A stretch of 64,000 nucleotides of DNA. Origin: Auanema rhodensis (Eukaryota > Animalia > Nematoda). Each line of letters opens with the position of its first letter. Position 1 is the first letter of the stretch. Shown in pieces: positions 39,701 to 53,650 of the stretch. The position numbers were made by a program, and so were the translations under genes. The stretch covers positions 19,158,001 to 19,222,000 of the forward strand of contig OZ059900.1 in NCBI GenBank assembly GCA_964057225.1, given 5' to 3'. Below the pieces are notes generated by a model, which searched no databases, had not been told where the DNA came from, and saw only the letters and a program-made list of their open reading frames with translations.

Positions 39701-42700
39701 ACGATTTCATGTGTTCAAACTCATGCAATGTCAATGAAACCTAGCTCAAAATTGTTCGTACAACGTCTAGTTCCACTTTCACGACAAAAAAACAGGGGTT
39801 AGAAAATTAAGGAAATTAGCATATTCTGAGGGCACGCCCCTTATGGCTAATATTGATTAAATCGATTTTTGTTCATATGAGTCGTCAAATGCAACGAATT
39901 TCAGCGTGTTACATACTAAAATGAAGCATTTTACATGCTGAACACTAGAAAAATACAAAAACACAGTATTTCCCATGAGAAATATTTTATCATGCTGGAA
40001 AACCAGTTTTTGGAAATTTCGCTGTAAACAAGGTTTTGACTTACGATTTCATGTGTTCAAACTCATGCAATGTCAATGAAACCTAGCTCAAAATTGTTTG
40101 TACAACGTCTAGTTCCACTTTCACGACAAAAAAACAAGGGTTAGAAAATTAAGGAAATTAGCATATTCTGAGGGCACGCCCCTTATGGCTAATATTGATT
40201 AAATCGATTTTTGTTCATATGAGTCGTCAAATGCAACGAATTTCAGCGTGTTACATACTAAAATGAAGCATTTTACATGCTGAACACTAGAAAAATACAA
40301 AAACACAGTATTTCCCATGAGAAATATTTTATTATGCTGGAAAACCAGTTTTTGGAAATTTCGCTGTAAACAAGGTTTTGACTTACGATTTCATGTGTTC
40401 AAACTCATGCAATGTCAATGAAACCTAGCTCAAAATTGTTCGTACAACGTCTAGTTCCACTTTCACGACAAAAAAACAGGGGTTAGAAAATTAAGGAAAT
40501 TAGCATATTCTGAGGGCACGCCCCTTATGGCTAATATTGATTAAATCGATTTTTGTTCATATGAGTCGTCAAATGCAACGAATTTCAGCGTGTTACACAC
40601 TAAAATGAAGCATTTCACATGCTGAACACTAGAAGAATACAAAAACACAGTATTTCCCATGAGAAATATTTTATTATGCTGGAAAACCAGTTTTTCGAAA
40701 TTTCGCTGTAAACAAGGTTTTGACTTACGATTTCATGTGTTCAAACTCATGCAATGTCAATGAAACCTAGCTCAAAATTGTTCGTACAACGTCTAGTTCC
40801 ACTTTCACGACAAAAAAACAGGGGTTAGAAAATTAAGGAAATTAGCATATTCTGAGGGCACGCCCCTTATGGCTAATATTGATTAAATCGATTTTTGTTC
40901 ATATGAGTCGTCAAATGCAACGAATTTCAGCGTGTTACATACTAAAATGAAGCATTTTACATGCTGAACACTAGAAAAATACAAAAACACAGTATTTCCC
41001 ATGAGAAATATTTTATCATGCTGGAAAACCAGTTTTTGGAAATTTCGCTGTAAACAAGGTTTTGACTTACGATTTCATGTGTTCAAACTCATGCAATGTC
41101 AATGAAACCTAGCTCAAAATTGTTTGTACAACGTCTAGTTCCACTTTCACGACAAAAAAACAAGGGTTAGAAAATTAAGGAAATTAGCATATTCTGAGGG
41201 CACGCCCCTTATGGCTAATATTGATTAAATCGATTTTTGTTCATATGAGTCGTCAAATGCAACGAATTTCAGCGTGTTACATACTAAAATGAAGCATTTT
41301 ACATGCTGAACACTAGAAAAATACAAAAACACAGTATTTCCCATGAGAAATATTTTATTATGCTGGAAAACCAGTTTTTGGAAATTTCGCTGTAAACAAG
41401 GTTTTGACTTACGATTTCATGTGTTCAAACTCATGCAATGTCAATGAAACCTAGCTCAAAATTGTTCGTACAACGTCTAGTTCCACTTTCACGACAAAAA
41501 AACAGGGGTTAGAAAATTAAGGAAATTAGCATATTCTGAGGGCACGCCCTTTATGGCTAATATTGATTAAATCGATTTTTGTTCATATGAGTCGTCAAAT
41601 GCAACGAATTTCAGCGTGTTACACACTAAAATGAAGCATTTCACATGCTGAACACTAGAAGAATACAAAAACACAGTATTTCCCATGAGAAATATTTTAT
41701 TATGCTGGAAAACCAGTTTTTCGAAATTTCGCTGTAAACAAGGTTTTGACTTACGATTTCATGTGTTCAAACTCATGCAATGTCAATGAAACCTAGCTCA
41801 AAATTGTTCGTACAACGTCTAGTTCCACTTTCACGACAAAAAAACAGGGGTTAGAAAATTAAGGAAATTAGCATATTCTGAGGGCACGCCCCTTATGGCT
41901 AATATTGATTAAATCGATTTTTGTTCATATGAGTCGTCAAATGCAACGAATTTCAGCGTGTTACATACTAAAATGAAGCATTTTACATGCTGAACACTAG
42001 AAAAATACAAAAACACAGTATTTCCCATGAGAAATATTTTATCATGCTGGAAAACCAGTTTTTGGAAATTTCGCTGTAAACAAGGTTTTGACTTACGATT
42101 TCATGTGTTCAAACTCATGCAATGTCAATGAAACCTAGCTCAAAATTGTTCGTACAACGTCTAGTTCCACTTTCACGACAAAAAAACAGGGGTTAGAAAA
42201 TTAAGGAAATTAGCATATTCTGAGGGCACGCCCCTTATGGCTAATATTGATTAAATCGATTTTTGTTCATATGAGTCGTCAAATGCAACGAATTTCAGCG
42301 TGTTACACACTAAAATGAAGCATTTCACATGCTGAACACTAGAAGAATACAAAAACACAGTTTTTCCATGAGAAATATTTTATTATGCTGGAAAACCAGT
42401 TTTTCGAAATTTCGCTGTAAACAAGGTTTTGACTTACGATTTCATGTGTTCAAACTCATGCAATGTCAATGAAACCTAGCTCAAAATTGTTCGTACAACG
42501 TCTAGTTCCACTTTCACGACAAAAAAGCAAGGGTTAGAAAATTAAGGAAATTAGCATATTCTGAGGGCACGCCCCTTATGGCTAATATTGATTAAATCGA
42601 TTTTTGTTCATATGAGTCGTCAAATGCAACGAATTTCAGCGTGTTACATACTAAAATGAAGCATTTTACATGCTGAACACTAGAAAAATACAAAAACACA

Positions 42701-45700
42701 GTATTTCCCATGAGAAATATTTTATTATGCTGGAAAACCAGTTTTTGGAAATTTCGCTGTAAACAAGGTTTTGACTTACGATTTCATGTGTTCAAACTCA
42801 TGCAATGTCAATGAAACCTAGCTCAAAATTGTTTGTACAACGTCTAGTTCCACTTTCACGACAAAAAAACAAGGGTTAGAAAATTAAGGAAATTAGCATA
42901 TTCTGAGGGCACGCCCCTTATGGCTAATATTGATTAAATCGATTTTTGTTCATATGAGTCGTCAAATGCAACGAATTTCAGCGTGTTACATACTAAAATG
43001 AAGCATTTTACATGCTGAACACTAGAAAAATACAAAAACACAGTATTTCCCATGAGAAATATTTTATCATGCTGGAAAACCAGTTTTTGGAAATTTCGCT
43101 GTAAACAAGGTTTTGACTTACGATTTCATGTGTTCAAACTCATGCAATGTCAATGAAACCTAGCTCAAAATTGTTCGTACAACGTCTAGTTCCACTTTCA
43201 CGACAAAAAAACAGGGGTTAGAAAATTAAGGAAATTAGCATATTCTGAGGGCACGCCCCTTATGGCTAATATTGATTAAATCGATTTTTGCTCATATGAG
43301 TCGTCAAATGCAACGAATTTCAGCGTGTTACATACTAAAATGAAGCATTTTACATGCTGAACACTAGAAAAATACAAAAACACAGTATTTCCCATGAGAA
43401 ATATTTTATTATGCTGGAAAACCAGTTTTTGGAAATTTCGCTGTAAACAAGGTTTTGACTTACGATTTCATGTGTTCAAACTCATGCAATGTCAATGAAG
43501 CCTAGCTCAAAATTGTTCGTACAACGTCTAGTTCCACTTTCACGACAAAAAAACAAGGGTTAGAAAATTAAGGAAATTAGCATATTCTGAGGGCACGCCC
43601 CTTATGGCTAATATTGATTAAATCGATTTTTGTTCATATGAGTCGTCAAATGCAACGAATTTCAGCGTGTTACAAACTAAAATGAAGCATTTTACATGCT
43701 GAACACTAGAAAAATACAAAAACACAGTATTTCCCATGAGAAATATTTTATTATGCTGGAAAACCAGTTTTTGGAAATTTCGCTGTAAACAAGGTTTTGA
43801 CTTACGATTTCATGTGTTCAAACTCATGCAATGTCAATGAAACCTAGCTCAAAATTGTTCGTACAACGTCTAGTTCCACTTTCACGACAAAAAAACAGGG
43901 GTTAGAAAATTAAGGAAATTAGCATATTCTGAGGGCACGCCCCTTATGGCTAATATTGATTAAATCGATTTTTGTTCATATGAGTCGTCAAATGCAACGA
44001 ATTTCAGCGTGTTACATACTAAAATGAAGCATTTTACATGCTGAACACTAGAAAAATACAAAAACACAGTATTTCCCATGAGAAATATTTTATCATGCTG
44101 GAAAACCAGTTTTTGGAAATTTCGCTGTAAACAAGGTTTTGACTTACGATTTCATGTGTTCAAACTCATGCAATGTCAATGAAACCTAGCTCAAAATTGT
44201 TCGTACAACGTCTAGTTCCACTTTCACGACAAAAAAACAGGGGTTAGAAAATTAAGGAAATTAGCATATTCTGAGGGCACGCCCCTTATGGCTAATATTG
44301 ATTAAATCGATTTTTGTTCATATGAGTCGTCAAATGCAACGAATTTCAGCGTGTTACACATTAAAATGAAGCATTTTACATGCTGAACACTAGAAAAATA
44401 CAAAAACACAGTATTTCCCATGAGAAATATTTTATCATGCTGGAAAACCAGTTTTTGGAAATTTCGCTGTAAACAAGGTTTTGACTTACGATTTCATGTG
44501 TTCAAACTCATGCAATGTCAATGAAACCTAGCTCAAAATTGTTTGTACAACGTCTAGTTCCACTTTCACGACAAAAAAACAGGGGTTAGAAAATTAAGGA
44601 AATTAGCATATTCTGAGGGCACGCCCCTTATGGCTAATATTGATTAAATCGATTTTTGTTCATATGAGTCGTCAAATGCAACGAATTTCAGCGTGTTACA
44701 AACTAAAATGAAGCATTTTACATGCTGAACACTAGAAAAATACAAAAACACAGTGTTTCCCATGAGAAATATTTTATTATGCTGGAAAACCAGTTTTTGG
44801 AAATTTCGCTGTAAACAAGGTTTTGACTTACGATTTCATGTGTTCAAACTCATGCAACGTCAATGAAACCTAGCTCAAAATTGTTTGTACAACGTCTAGT
44901 TCCACTTTCACGACAAAAAAACAAGGGTTAGAAAATTAAGGAAATTAGCATATTCTGAGGGCACGCCCCTTATGGCTAATATTGATTAAATCGATTTTTG
45001 TTCATATGAGTCGTCAAATGCAACGAATTTCAGCGTGTTACAAACTAAAATGAAGCATTTTACATGCTGAACACTAGAAAAATACAAAAACACAGTATTT
45101 CCCATGAGAAATATTTTATCATGCTGGAAAACCAGTTTTTGGAAATTTCGCTGTAAACAAGGTTTTGACTTACGATTTCATGTGTTCAAACTCATGCAAT
45201 GTCAATGAAACCTAGCTCAAAATTGTTCGTACAACGTCTAGTTCCACTTTCACGACAAAAAAACAGGGGTTAGAAAATTAAGGAAATTAGCATATTCTGA
45301 GGGCACGCCCCTTATGGCTAATATTGATTAAATCGATTTTTGTTCATATGAGTCGTCAAATGCAACGAATTTCAGCGTGTTATATACTAAAATGAAGCAT
45401 TTTACATGCTGAACACTAGAAAAATACAAAAACACAGTATTTCCCATGAGAAATATTTTATCATGCTGGAAAACCAGTTTTTGGAAATTTCGCTGTAAAC
45501 AAGGTTTTGACTTACGATTTCATGTGTTCAAACTCATGCAATGTCAATGAAACCTAGCTCAAAGTTGTTCGTACAACGTCTAGTTCCACTTTCACGACAA
45601 AAAAACAGGGGTTAGAAAATTAAGGAAATTAGCATATTCTGAGGGCACGCCCCTTATGGCTAATATTGATTAAATCGATTTTTGTTCATATGAGTCGTCA

Positions 45701-48700
45701 AATGCAACGAATTTCAGCGTGTTACACATTAAAATGAAGCATTTTACATGCTGAACACTAGAAAAATACAAAAACACAGTATTTCCCATGAGAAATATTT
45801 TATCATGCTGGAAAACCAGTTTTTGGAAATTTCGCTGTAAACAAGGTTTTGACTTACGATTTCATGTGTTCAAACTCATGCAATGTCAATGAAACCTAGC
45901 TCAAAATTGTTCGTACAACGTCTAGTTCCACTTTCACGACAAAAAAACAGGGGTTAGAAAATTAAGGAAATTAGCATATTCTGAGGGCACGCCCATTATG
46001 GCTAATATTGATTAAATCGATTTTTGCTCATATGAGTCGTCAAATGCAACGAATTTCAGCGTGTTACATACTAAAATGAAGCATTTTACATGCTGAACAC
46101 TAGAAAAATACAAAAACACAGTATTTCCCATGAGAAATATTTTATTATGCTGGAAAACCAGTTTTTGGAAATTTCGCTGTAAACAAGGTTTTGACTTACG
46201 ATTTCATGTGTTCAAACTCATGCAATGTCAATGAAGCCTAGCTCAAAATTGTTCGTACAACGTCTAGTTCCACTTTCACGACAAAAAAACAAGGGTTAGA
46301 AAATTAAGGAAATTAGCATATTCTGAGGGCACGCCCCTTATGGCTAATATTGATTAAATCGATTTTTGTTCATATGAGTCGTCAAATGCAACGAATTTCA
46401 GCGTGTTACAAACTAAAATGAAGCATTTTACATGCTGAACACTAGAAAAATACAAAAACACAGTATTTCCCATGAGAAATATTTTATTATGCTGGAAAAC
46501 CAGTTTTTGGAAATTTCGCTGTAAACAAGGTTTTGACTTACGATTTCATGTGTTCAAACTCATGCAATGTCAATGAAACCTAGCTCAAAATTGTTCGTAC
46601 AACGTCTAGTTCCACTTTCACGACAAAAAAACAGGGGTTAGAAAATTAAGGAAATTAGCATATTCTGAGGGCACGCCCCTTATGGCTAATATTGATTAAA
46701 TCGATTTTTGTTCATATGAGTCGTCAAATGCAACGAATTTCAGCGTGTTACATACTAAAATGAAGCATTTTACATGCTGAACACTAGAAAAATACAAAAA
46801 CACAGTATTTCCCATGAGAAATATTTTATCATGCTGGAAAACCAGTTTTTGGAAATTTCGCTGTAAACAAGGTTTTGACTTACGATTTCATGTGTTCAAA
46901 CTCATGCAATGTCAATGAAACCTAGCTCAAAATTGTTCGTACAACGTCTAGTTCCACTTTCACGACAAAAAAACAGGGGTTAGAAAATTAAGGAAATTAG
47001 CATATTCTGAGGGCACGCCCCTTATGGCTAATATTGATTAAATCGATTTTTGTTCATATGAGTCGTCAAATGCAACGAATTTCAGCGTGTTACACATTAA
47101 AATGAAGCATTTTACATGCTGAACACTAGAAAAATACAAAAACACAGTATTTCCCATGAGAAATATTTTATCATGCTGGAAAACCAGTTTTTGGAAATTT
47201 CGCTGTAAACAAGGTTTTGACTTACGATTTCATGTGTTCAAACTCATGCAATGTCAATGAAACCTAGCTCAAAATTGTTTGTACAACGTCTAGTTCCACT
47301 TTCACGACAAAAAAACAGGGGTTAGAAAATTAAGGAAATTAGCATATTCTGAGGGCACGCCCCTTATGGCTAATATTGATTAAATCGATTTTTGTTCATA
47401 TGAGTCGTCAAATGCAACGAATTTCAGCGTGTTACAAACTAAAATGAAGCATTTTACATGCTGAACACTAGAAAAATACAAAAACACAGTGTTTCCCATG
47501 AGAAATATTTTATTATGCTGGAAAACCAGTTTTTGGAAATTTCGCTGTAAACAAGGTTTTGACTTACGATTTCATGTGTTCAAACTCATGCAACGTCAAT
47601 GAAACCTAGCTCAAAATTGTTCGTACAACGTCTAGTTCCACTTTCACGACAAAAAAACAGGGGTTAGAAAATTAAGGAAATTAGCATATTCTGAGGGCAC
47701 GCCCCTTATGGCTAATATTGATTAAATCGATTTTTGTTCATATGAGTCGTCAAATGCAACGAATTTCAGCGTGTTACACACTAAAATGAAGCATTTCACA
47801 TGCTGAACACTAGAAGAATACAAAAACACAGTTTTTCCATGAGAAATATTTTATTATGCTGGAAAACCAGTTTTTCGAAATTTCGCTGTAAACAAGGTTT
47901 TGACTTACGATTTCATGTGTTCAAACTCATGCAATGTCAATGAAACCTAGCTCAAAATTGTTCGTACAACGTCTAGTTCCACTTTCACGACAAAAAAGCA
48001 AGGGTTAGAAAATTAAGGAAATTAGCATATTCTGAGGGCACGCCCCTTATGGCTAATATTGATTAAATCGATTTTTGTTCATATGAGTCGTCAAATGCAA
48101 CGAATTTCAGCGTGTTACATACTAAAATGAAGCATTTTACATGCTGAACACTAGAAAAATACAAAAACACAGTATTTCCCATGAGAAATATTTTATTATG
48201 CTGGAAAACCAGTTTTTGGAAATTTCGCTGTAAACAAGGTTTTGACTTACGATTTCATGTGTTCAAACTCATGCAATGTCAATGAAACCTAGCTCAAAAT
48301 TGTTTGTACAACGTCTAGTTCCACTTTCACGACAAAAAAACAAGGGTTAGAAAATTAAGGAAATTAGCATATTCTGAGGGCACGCCCCTTATGGCTAATA
48401 TTGATTAAATCGATTTTTGTTCATATGAGTCGTCAAATGCAACGAATTTCAGCGTGTTACATACTAAAATGAAGCATTTTACATGCTGAACACTAGAAGA
48501 ATACAAAAACACAGTATTTCCCATGAGAAATATTTTATTATGCTGGAAAACCAGTTTGTGGAAATTTCGCTGTAAACAAGGTTTTGACTTACGATTTCAT
48601 GTGTTCAAACTCATGCAATGTCAATGAAACCTAGCTCAAACTTGTTCGTACAACGTCTAGTTCCACTTTCACAACAAAAAAACAGGGGTTAGAAAATTAA

Positions 48701-50289
48701 GGAAATTAGCATATTCTGAGGGCACGCCCCTTATGGCTAATATTGATTAAATCGATTTTTGTTCATATGAGTCGTCAAATGCAACGAATTTCAGCGTGTT
48801 ACATACTAAAATGAAGCATTTTACATGCTGAACACTAGAAAAATACAAAAACACAGTATTTCCCATGAGAAATATTTTATCATGCTGGAAAACCAGTTTT
48901 TGGAAATTTCGCTGTAAACAAGGTTTTGACTTACGATTTCATGTGTTCAAACTCATGCAATGTCAATGAAACCTAGCTCAAAATTGTTTGTACAACGTCT
49001 AGTTCCACTTTCACGACAAAAAAACAAGGGTTAGAAAATTAAGGAAATTAGCATATTCTGAGGGCACGCCCCTTATGGCTAATATTGATTAAATCGATTT
49101 TTGTTCATATGAGTCGTCAAATGCAACGAATTTCAGCGTGTTACATACTAAAATGAAGCATTTCACATGCTGAACACTAGAAAAATACAAAAACACAGTA
49201 TTTCCCATGAGAAATATTTTATTATGCTGGAAAACCAGTTTTTGGAAATTTCGCTGTAAACAAGGTTTTGACTTACGATTTCATGTGTTCAAACTCATGC
49301 AATGTCAATGAAACCTAGCTCAAAATTGTTCGTACAACGTCTAGTTCCACTTTCACGACAAAAAAACAGGGGTTAGAAAATTAAGGAAATTAGCATATTC
49401 TGAGGGCACGCCCCTTATGGCTAATATTGATTAAATCGATTTTTGTTCATATGAGTCGTCAAATGCAACGAATTTCAGCGTGTTACACACTAAAATGAAG
49501 CATTTCACATGCTGAACACTAGAAGAATACAAAAACACAGTATTTCCCATGAGAAATATTTTATTATGCTGGAAAACCAGTTTTTCGAAATTTCGCTGTA
49601 AACAAGGTTTTGACTTACGATTTCATGTGTTCAAACTCATGCAATGTCAATGAAACCTAGCTCAAAATTGTTCGTACAACGTCTAGTTCCACTTTCACGA
49701 CAAAAAAACAGGGGTTAGAAAATTAAGGAAATTAGCATATTCTGAGGGCACGCCCCTTATGGCTAATATTGATTAAATCGATTTTTGTTCATATGAGTCG
49801 TCAAATGCAACGAATTTCAGCGTGTTACATACTAAAATGAAGCATTTTACATGCTGAACACTAGAAAAATACAAAAACACAGTATTTCCCATGAGAAATA
49901 TTTTATCATGCTGGAAAACCAGTTTTTGGAAATTTCGCTGTAAACAAGGTTTTGACTTACGATTTCATGTGTTCAAACTCATGCAATGTCAATGAAACCT
50001 AGCTCAAAATTGTTTGTACAACGTCTAGTTCCACTTTCACGACAAAAAAACAAGGGTTAGAAAATTAAGGAAATTAGCATATTCTGAGGGCACGCCCCTT
50101 ATGGCTAATATTGATTAATTCGATTTTTGTTCATATGAGTCGTCAAATGCAACGAATTTCAGCGTGTTACATACTAAAATGAAGCATTTTACATGCTGAA
50201 CACTAGAAAAATACAAAAACACAGTATTTCCCATGAGAAATATTTTATTATGCTGGAAAACCAGTTTTTGGAAATTTCGCTGTAAACAA

Positions 50290-53200
50290 GGTTTTGACTT
50301 ACGATTTCATGTGTTCAAACTCATGCAATGTCAATGAAACCTAGCTCAAAATTGTTCGTACAACGTCTAGTTCCACTTTCACGACAAAAAAACAGGGGTT
50401 AGAAAATTAAGGAAATTAGCATATTCTGAGCGCACGCCCCTTATGGCTAATATTGATTAAATCGATTTTTGTTCATATGAGTCGTCAAATGCAACGAATT
50501 TCAGCGTGTTACATACTAAAATGAAGCATTTTACATGCTGAACACTAGAAAAATACAAAAACACAGTATTTCCCATGAGAAATATTTTATCATGCTGGAA
50601 AACCAGTTTTTGGAAATTTCGCTGTAAACAAGGTTTTGACTTACGATTTCATGTGTTCAAACTCATGCAATGTCAATGAAACCTAGCTCAAAATTGTTTG
50701 TACAACGTCTAGTTCCACTTTCACGACAAAAAAACAAGGGTTAGAAAATTAAGGAAATTAGCATATTCTGAGGGCACGCCCCTTATGGCTAATATTGATT
50801 AAATCGATTTTTGTTCATATGAGTCGTCAAATGCAACGAATTTCAGCGTGTTACATACTAAAATGAAGCATTTTACATGCTGAACACTAGAAAAATACAA
50901 AAACACAGTATTTCCCATGAGAAATATTTTATTATGCTGGAAAACCAGTTTTTGGAAATTTCGCTGTAAACAAGGTTTTGACTTACGATTTCATGTGTTC
51001 AAACTCATGCAATGTCAATGAAACCTAGCTCAAAATTGTTCGTACAACGTCTAGTTCCACTTTCACGACAAAAAAACAGGGGTTAGAAAATTAAGGAAAT
51101 TAGCATATTCTGAGGGCACGCCCCTTATGGCTAATATTGATTAAATCGATTTTTGTTCATATGAGTCGTCAAATGCAACGAATTTCAGCGTGTTACACAC
51201 TAAAATGAAGCATTTCACATGCTGAACACTAGAAGAATACAAAAACACAGTATTTCCCATGAGAAATATTTTATTATGCTGGAAAACCAGTTTTTCGAAA
51301 TTTCGCTGTAAACAAGGTTTTGACTTACGATTTCATGTGTTCAAACTCATGCAATGTCAATGAAACCTAGCTCAAAATTGTTCGTACAACGTCTAGTTCC
51401 ACTTTCACGACAAAAAAACAGGGGTTAGAAAATTAAGGAAATTAGCATATTCTGAGGGCACGCCCCTTATGGCTAATATTGATTAAATCGATTTTTGTTC
51501 ATATGAGTCGTCAAATGCAACGAATTTCAGCGTGTTACATACTAAAATGAAGCATTTTACATGCTGAACACTAGAAAAATACAAAAACACAGTATTTCCC
51601 ATGAGAAATATTTTATCATGCTGGAAAACCAGTTTTTGGAAATTTCGCTGTAAACAAGGTTTTGACTTACGATTTCATGTGTTCAAACTCATGCAATGTC
51701 AATGAAACCTAGCTCAAAATTGTTTGTACAACGTCTAGTTCCACTTTCACGACAAAAAAACAAGGGTTAGAAAATTAAGGAAATTAGCATATTCTGAGGG
51801 CACGCCCCTTATGGCTAATATTGATTAAATCGATTTTTGTTCATATGAGTCGTCAAATGCAACGAATTTCAGCGTGTTACATACTAAAATGAAGCATTTT
51901 ACATGCTGAACACTAGAAAAATACAAAAACACAGTATTTCCCATGAGAAATATTTTATTATGCTGGAAAACCAGTTTTTGGAAATTTCGCTGTAAACAAG
52001 GTTTTGACTTACGATTTCATGTGTTCAAACTCATGCAATGTCAATGAAACCTAGCTCAAAATTGTTCGTACAACGTCTAGTTCCACTTTCACGACAAAAA
52101 AACAGGGGTTAGAAAATTAAGGAAATTAGCATATTCTGAGGGCACGCCCTTTATGGCTAATATTGATTAAATCGATTTTTGTTCATATGAGTCGTCAAAT
52201 GCAACGAATTTCAGCGTGTTACACACTAAAATGAAGCATTTCACATGCTGAACACTAGAAGAATACAAAAACACAGTATTTCCCATGAGAAATATTTTAT
52301 TATGCTGGAAAACCAGTTTTTCGAAATTTCGCTGTAAACAAGGTTTTGACTTACGATTTCATGTGTTCAAACTCATGCAATGTCAATGAAACCTAGCTCA
52401 AAATTGTTCGTACAACGTCTAGTTCCACTTTCACGACAAAAAAACAGGGGTTAGAAAATTAAGGAAATTAGCATATTCTGAGGGCACGCCCCTTATGGCT
52501 AATATTGATTAAATCGATTTTTGTTCATATGAGTCGTCAAATGCAACGAATTTCAGCGTGTTACATACTAAAATGAAGCATTTTACATGCTGAACACTAG
52601 AAAAATACAAAAACACAGTATTTCCCATGAGAAATATTTTATCATGCTGGAAAACCAGTTTTTGGAAATTTCGCTGTAAACAAGGTTTTGACTTACGATT
52701 TCATGTGTTCAAACTCATGCAATGTCAATGAAACCTAGCTCAAAATTGTTTGTACAACGTCTAGTTCCACTTTCACGACAAAAAAACAAGGGTTAGAAAA
52801 TTAAGGAAATTAGCATATTCTGAGGGCACGCCCCTTATGGCTAATATTGATTAAATCGATTTTTGTTCATATGAGTCGTCAAATGCAACGAATTTCAGCG
52901 TGTTACATACTAAAATGAAGCATTTTACATGCTGAACACTAGAAAAATACAAAAACACAGTATTTCCCATGAGAAATATTTTATTATGCTGGAAAACCAG
53001 TTTTTGGAAATTTCGCTGTAAACAAGGTTTTGACTTACGATTTCATGTGTTCAAACTCATGCAATGTCAATGAAACCTAGCTCAAAATTGTTCGTACAAC
53101 GTCTAGTTCCACTTTCACGACAAAAAAACAGGGGTTAGAAAATTAAGGAAATTAGCATATTCTGAGGGCACGCCCCTTATGGCTAATATTGATTAAATCG

Positions 53201-53650
53201 ATTTTTGTTCATATGAGTCGTCAAATGCAACGAATTTCAGCGTGTTACACACTAAAATGAAGCATTTCACATGCTGAACACTAGAAGAATACAAAAACAC
53301 AGTATTTCCCATGAGAAATATTTTATTATGCTGGAAAACCAGTTTTTCGAAATTTCGCTGTAAACAAGGTTTTGACTTACGATTTCATGTGTTCAAACTC
53401 ATGCAATGTCAATGAAACCTAGCTCAAAATTGTTCGTACAACGTCTAGTTCCACTTTCACGACAAAAAAACAGGGGTTAGAAAATTAAGGAAATTAGCAT
53501 ATTCTGAGGGCACGCCCCTTATGGCTAATATTGATTAAATCGATTTTTGTTCATATGAGTCGTCAAATGCAACGAATTTCAGCGTGTTACATACTAAAAT
53601 GAAGCATTTTACATGCTGAACACTAGAAAAATACAAAAACACAGTATTTC
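50290..53650 (+). repeat. Local 3-monomer higher-order repeat (copy-2 counterpart of 26350-29700)
   Basis: TTCGAA-type monomers at 51296, 52322 and 53348 (1026-bp spacing). Confidence 0.85.

Larger units (their letters stand above)
19000..40062 (+). repeat. Large duplicated block, copy 1
   Basis: Rare variants recur in copy 2 at offset 25990 (19393, 19574, 20037, 21843 deletion, 22008, 22568). They then recur at offset 23938 (26493, 28212, 31213, 32629, 33064, 33607, 34412, 35476, 37211, 39540). Confidence 0.93.
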
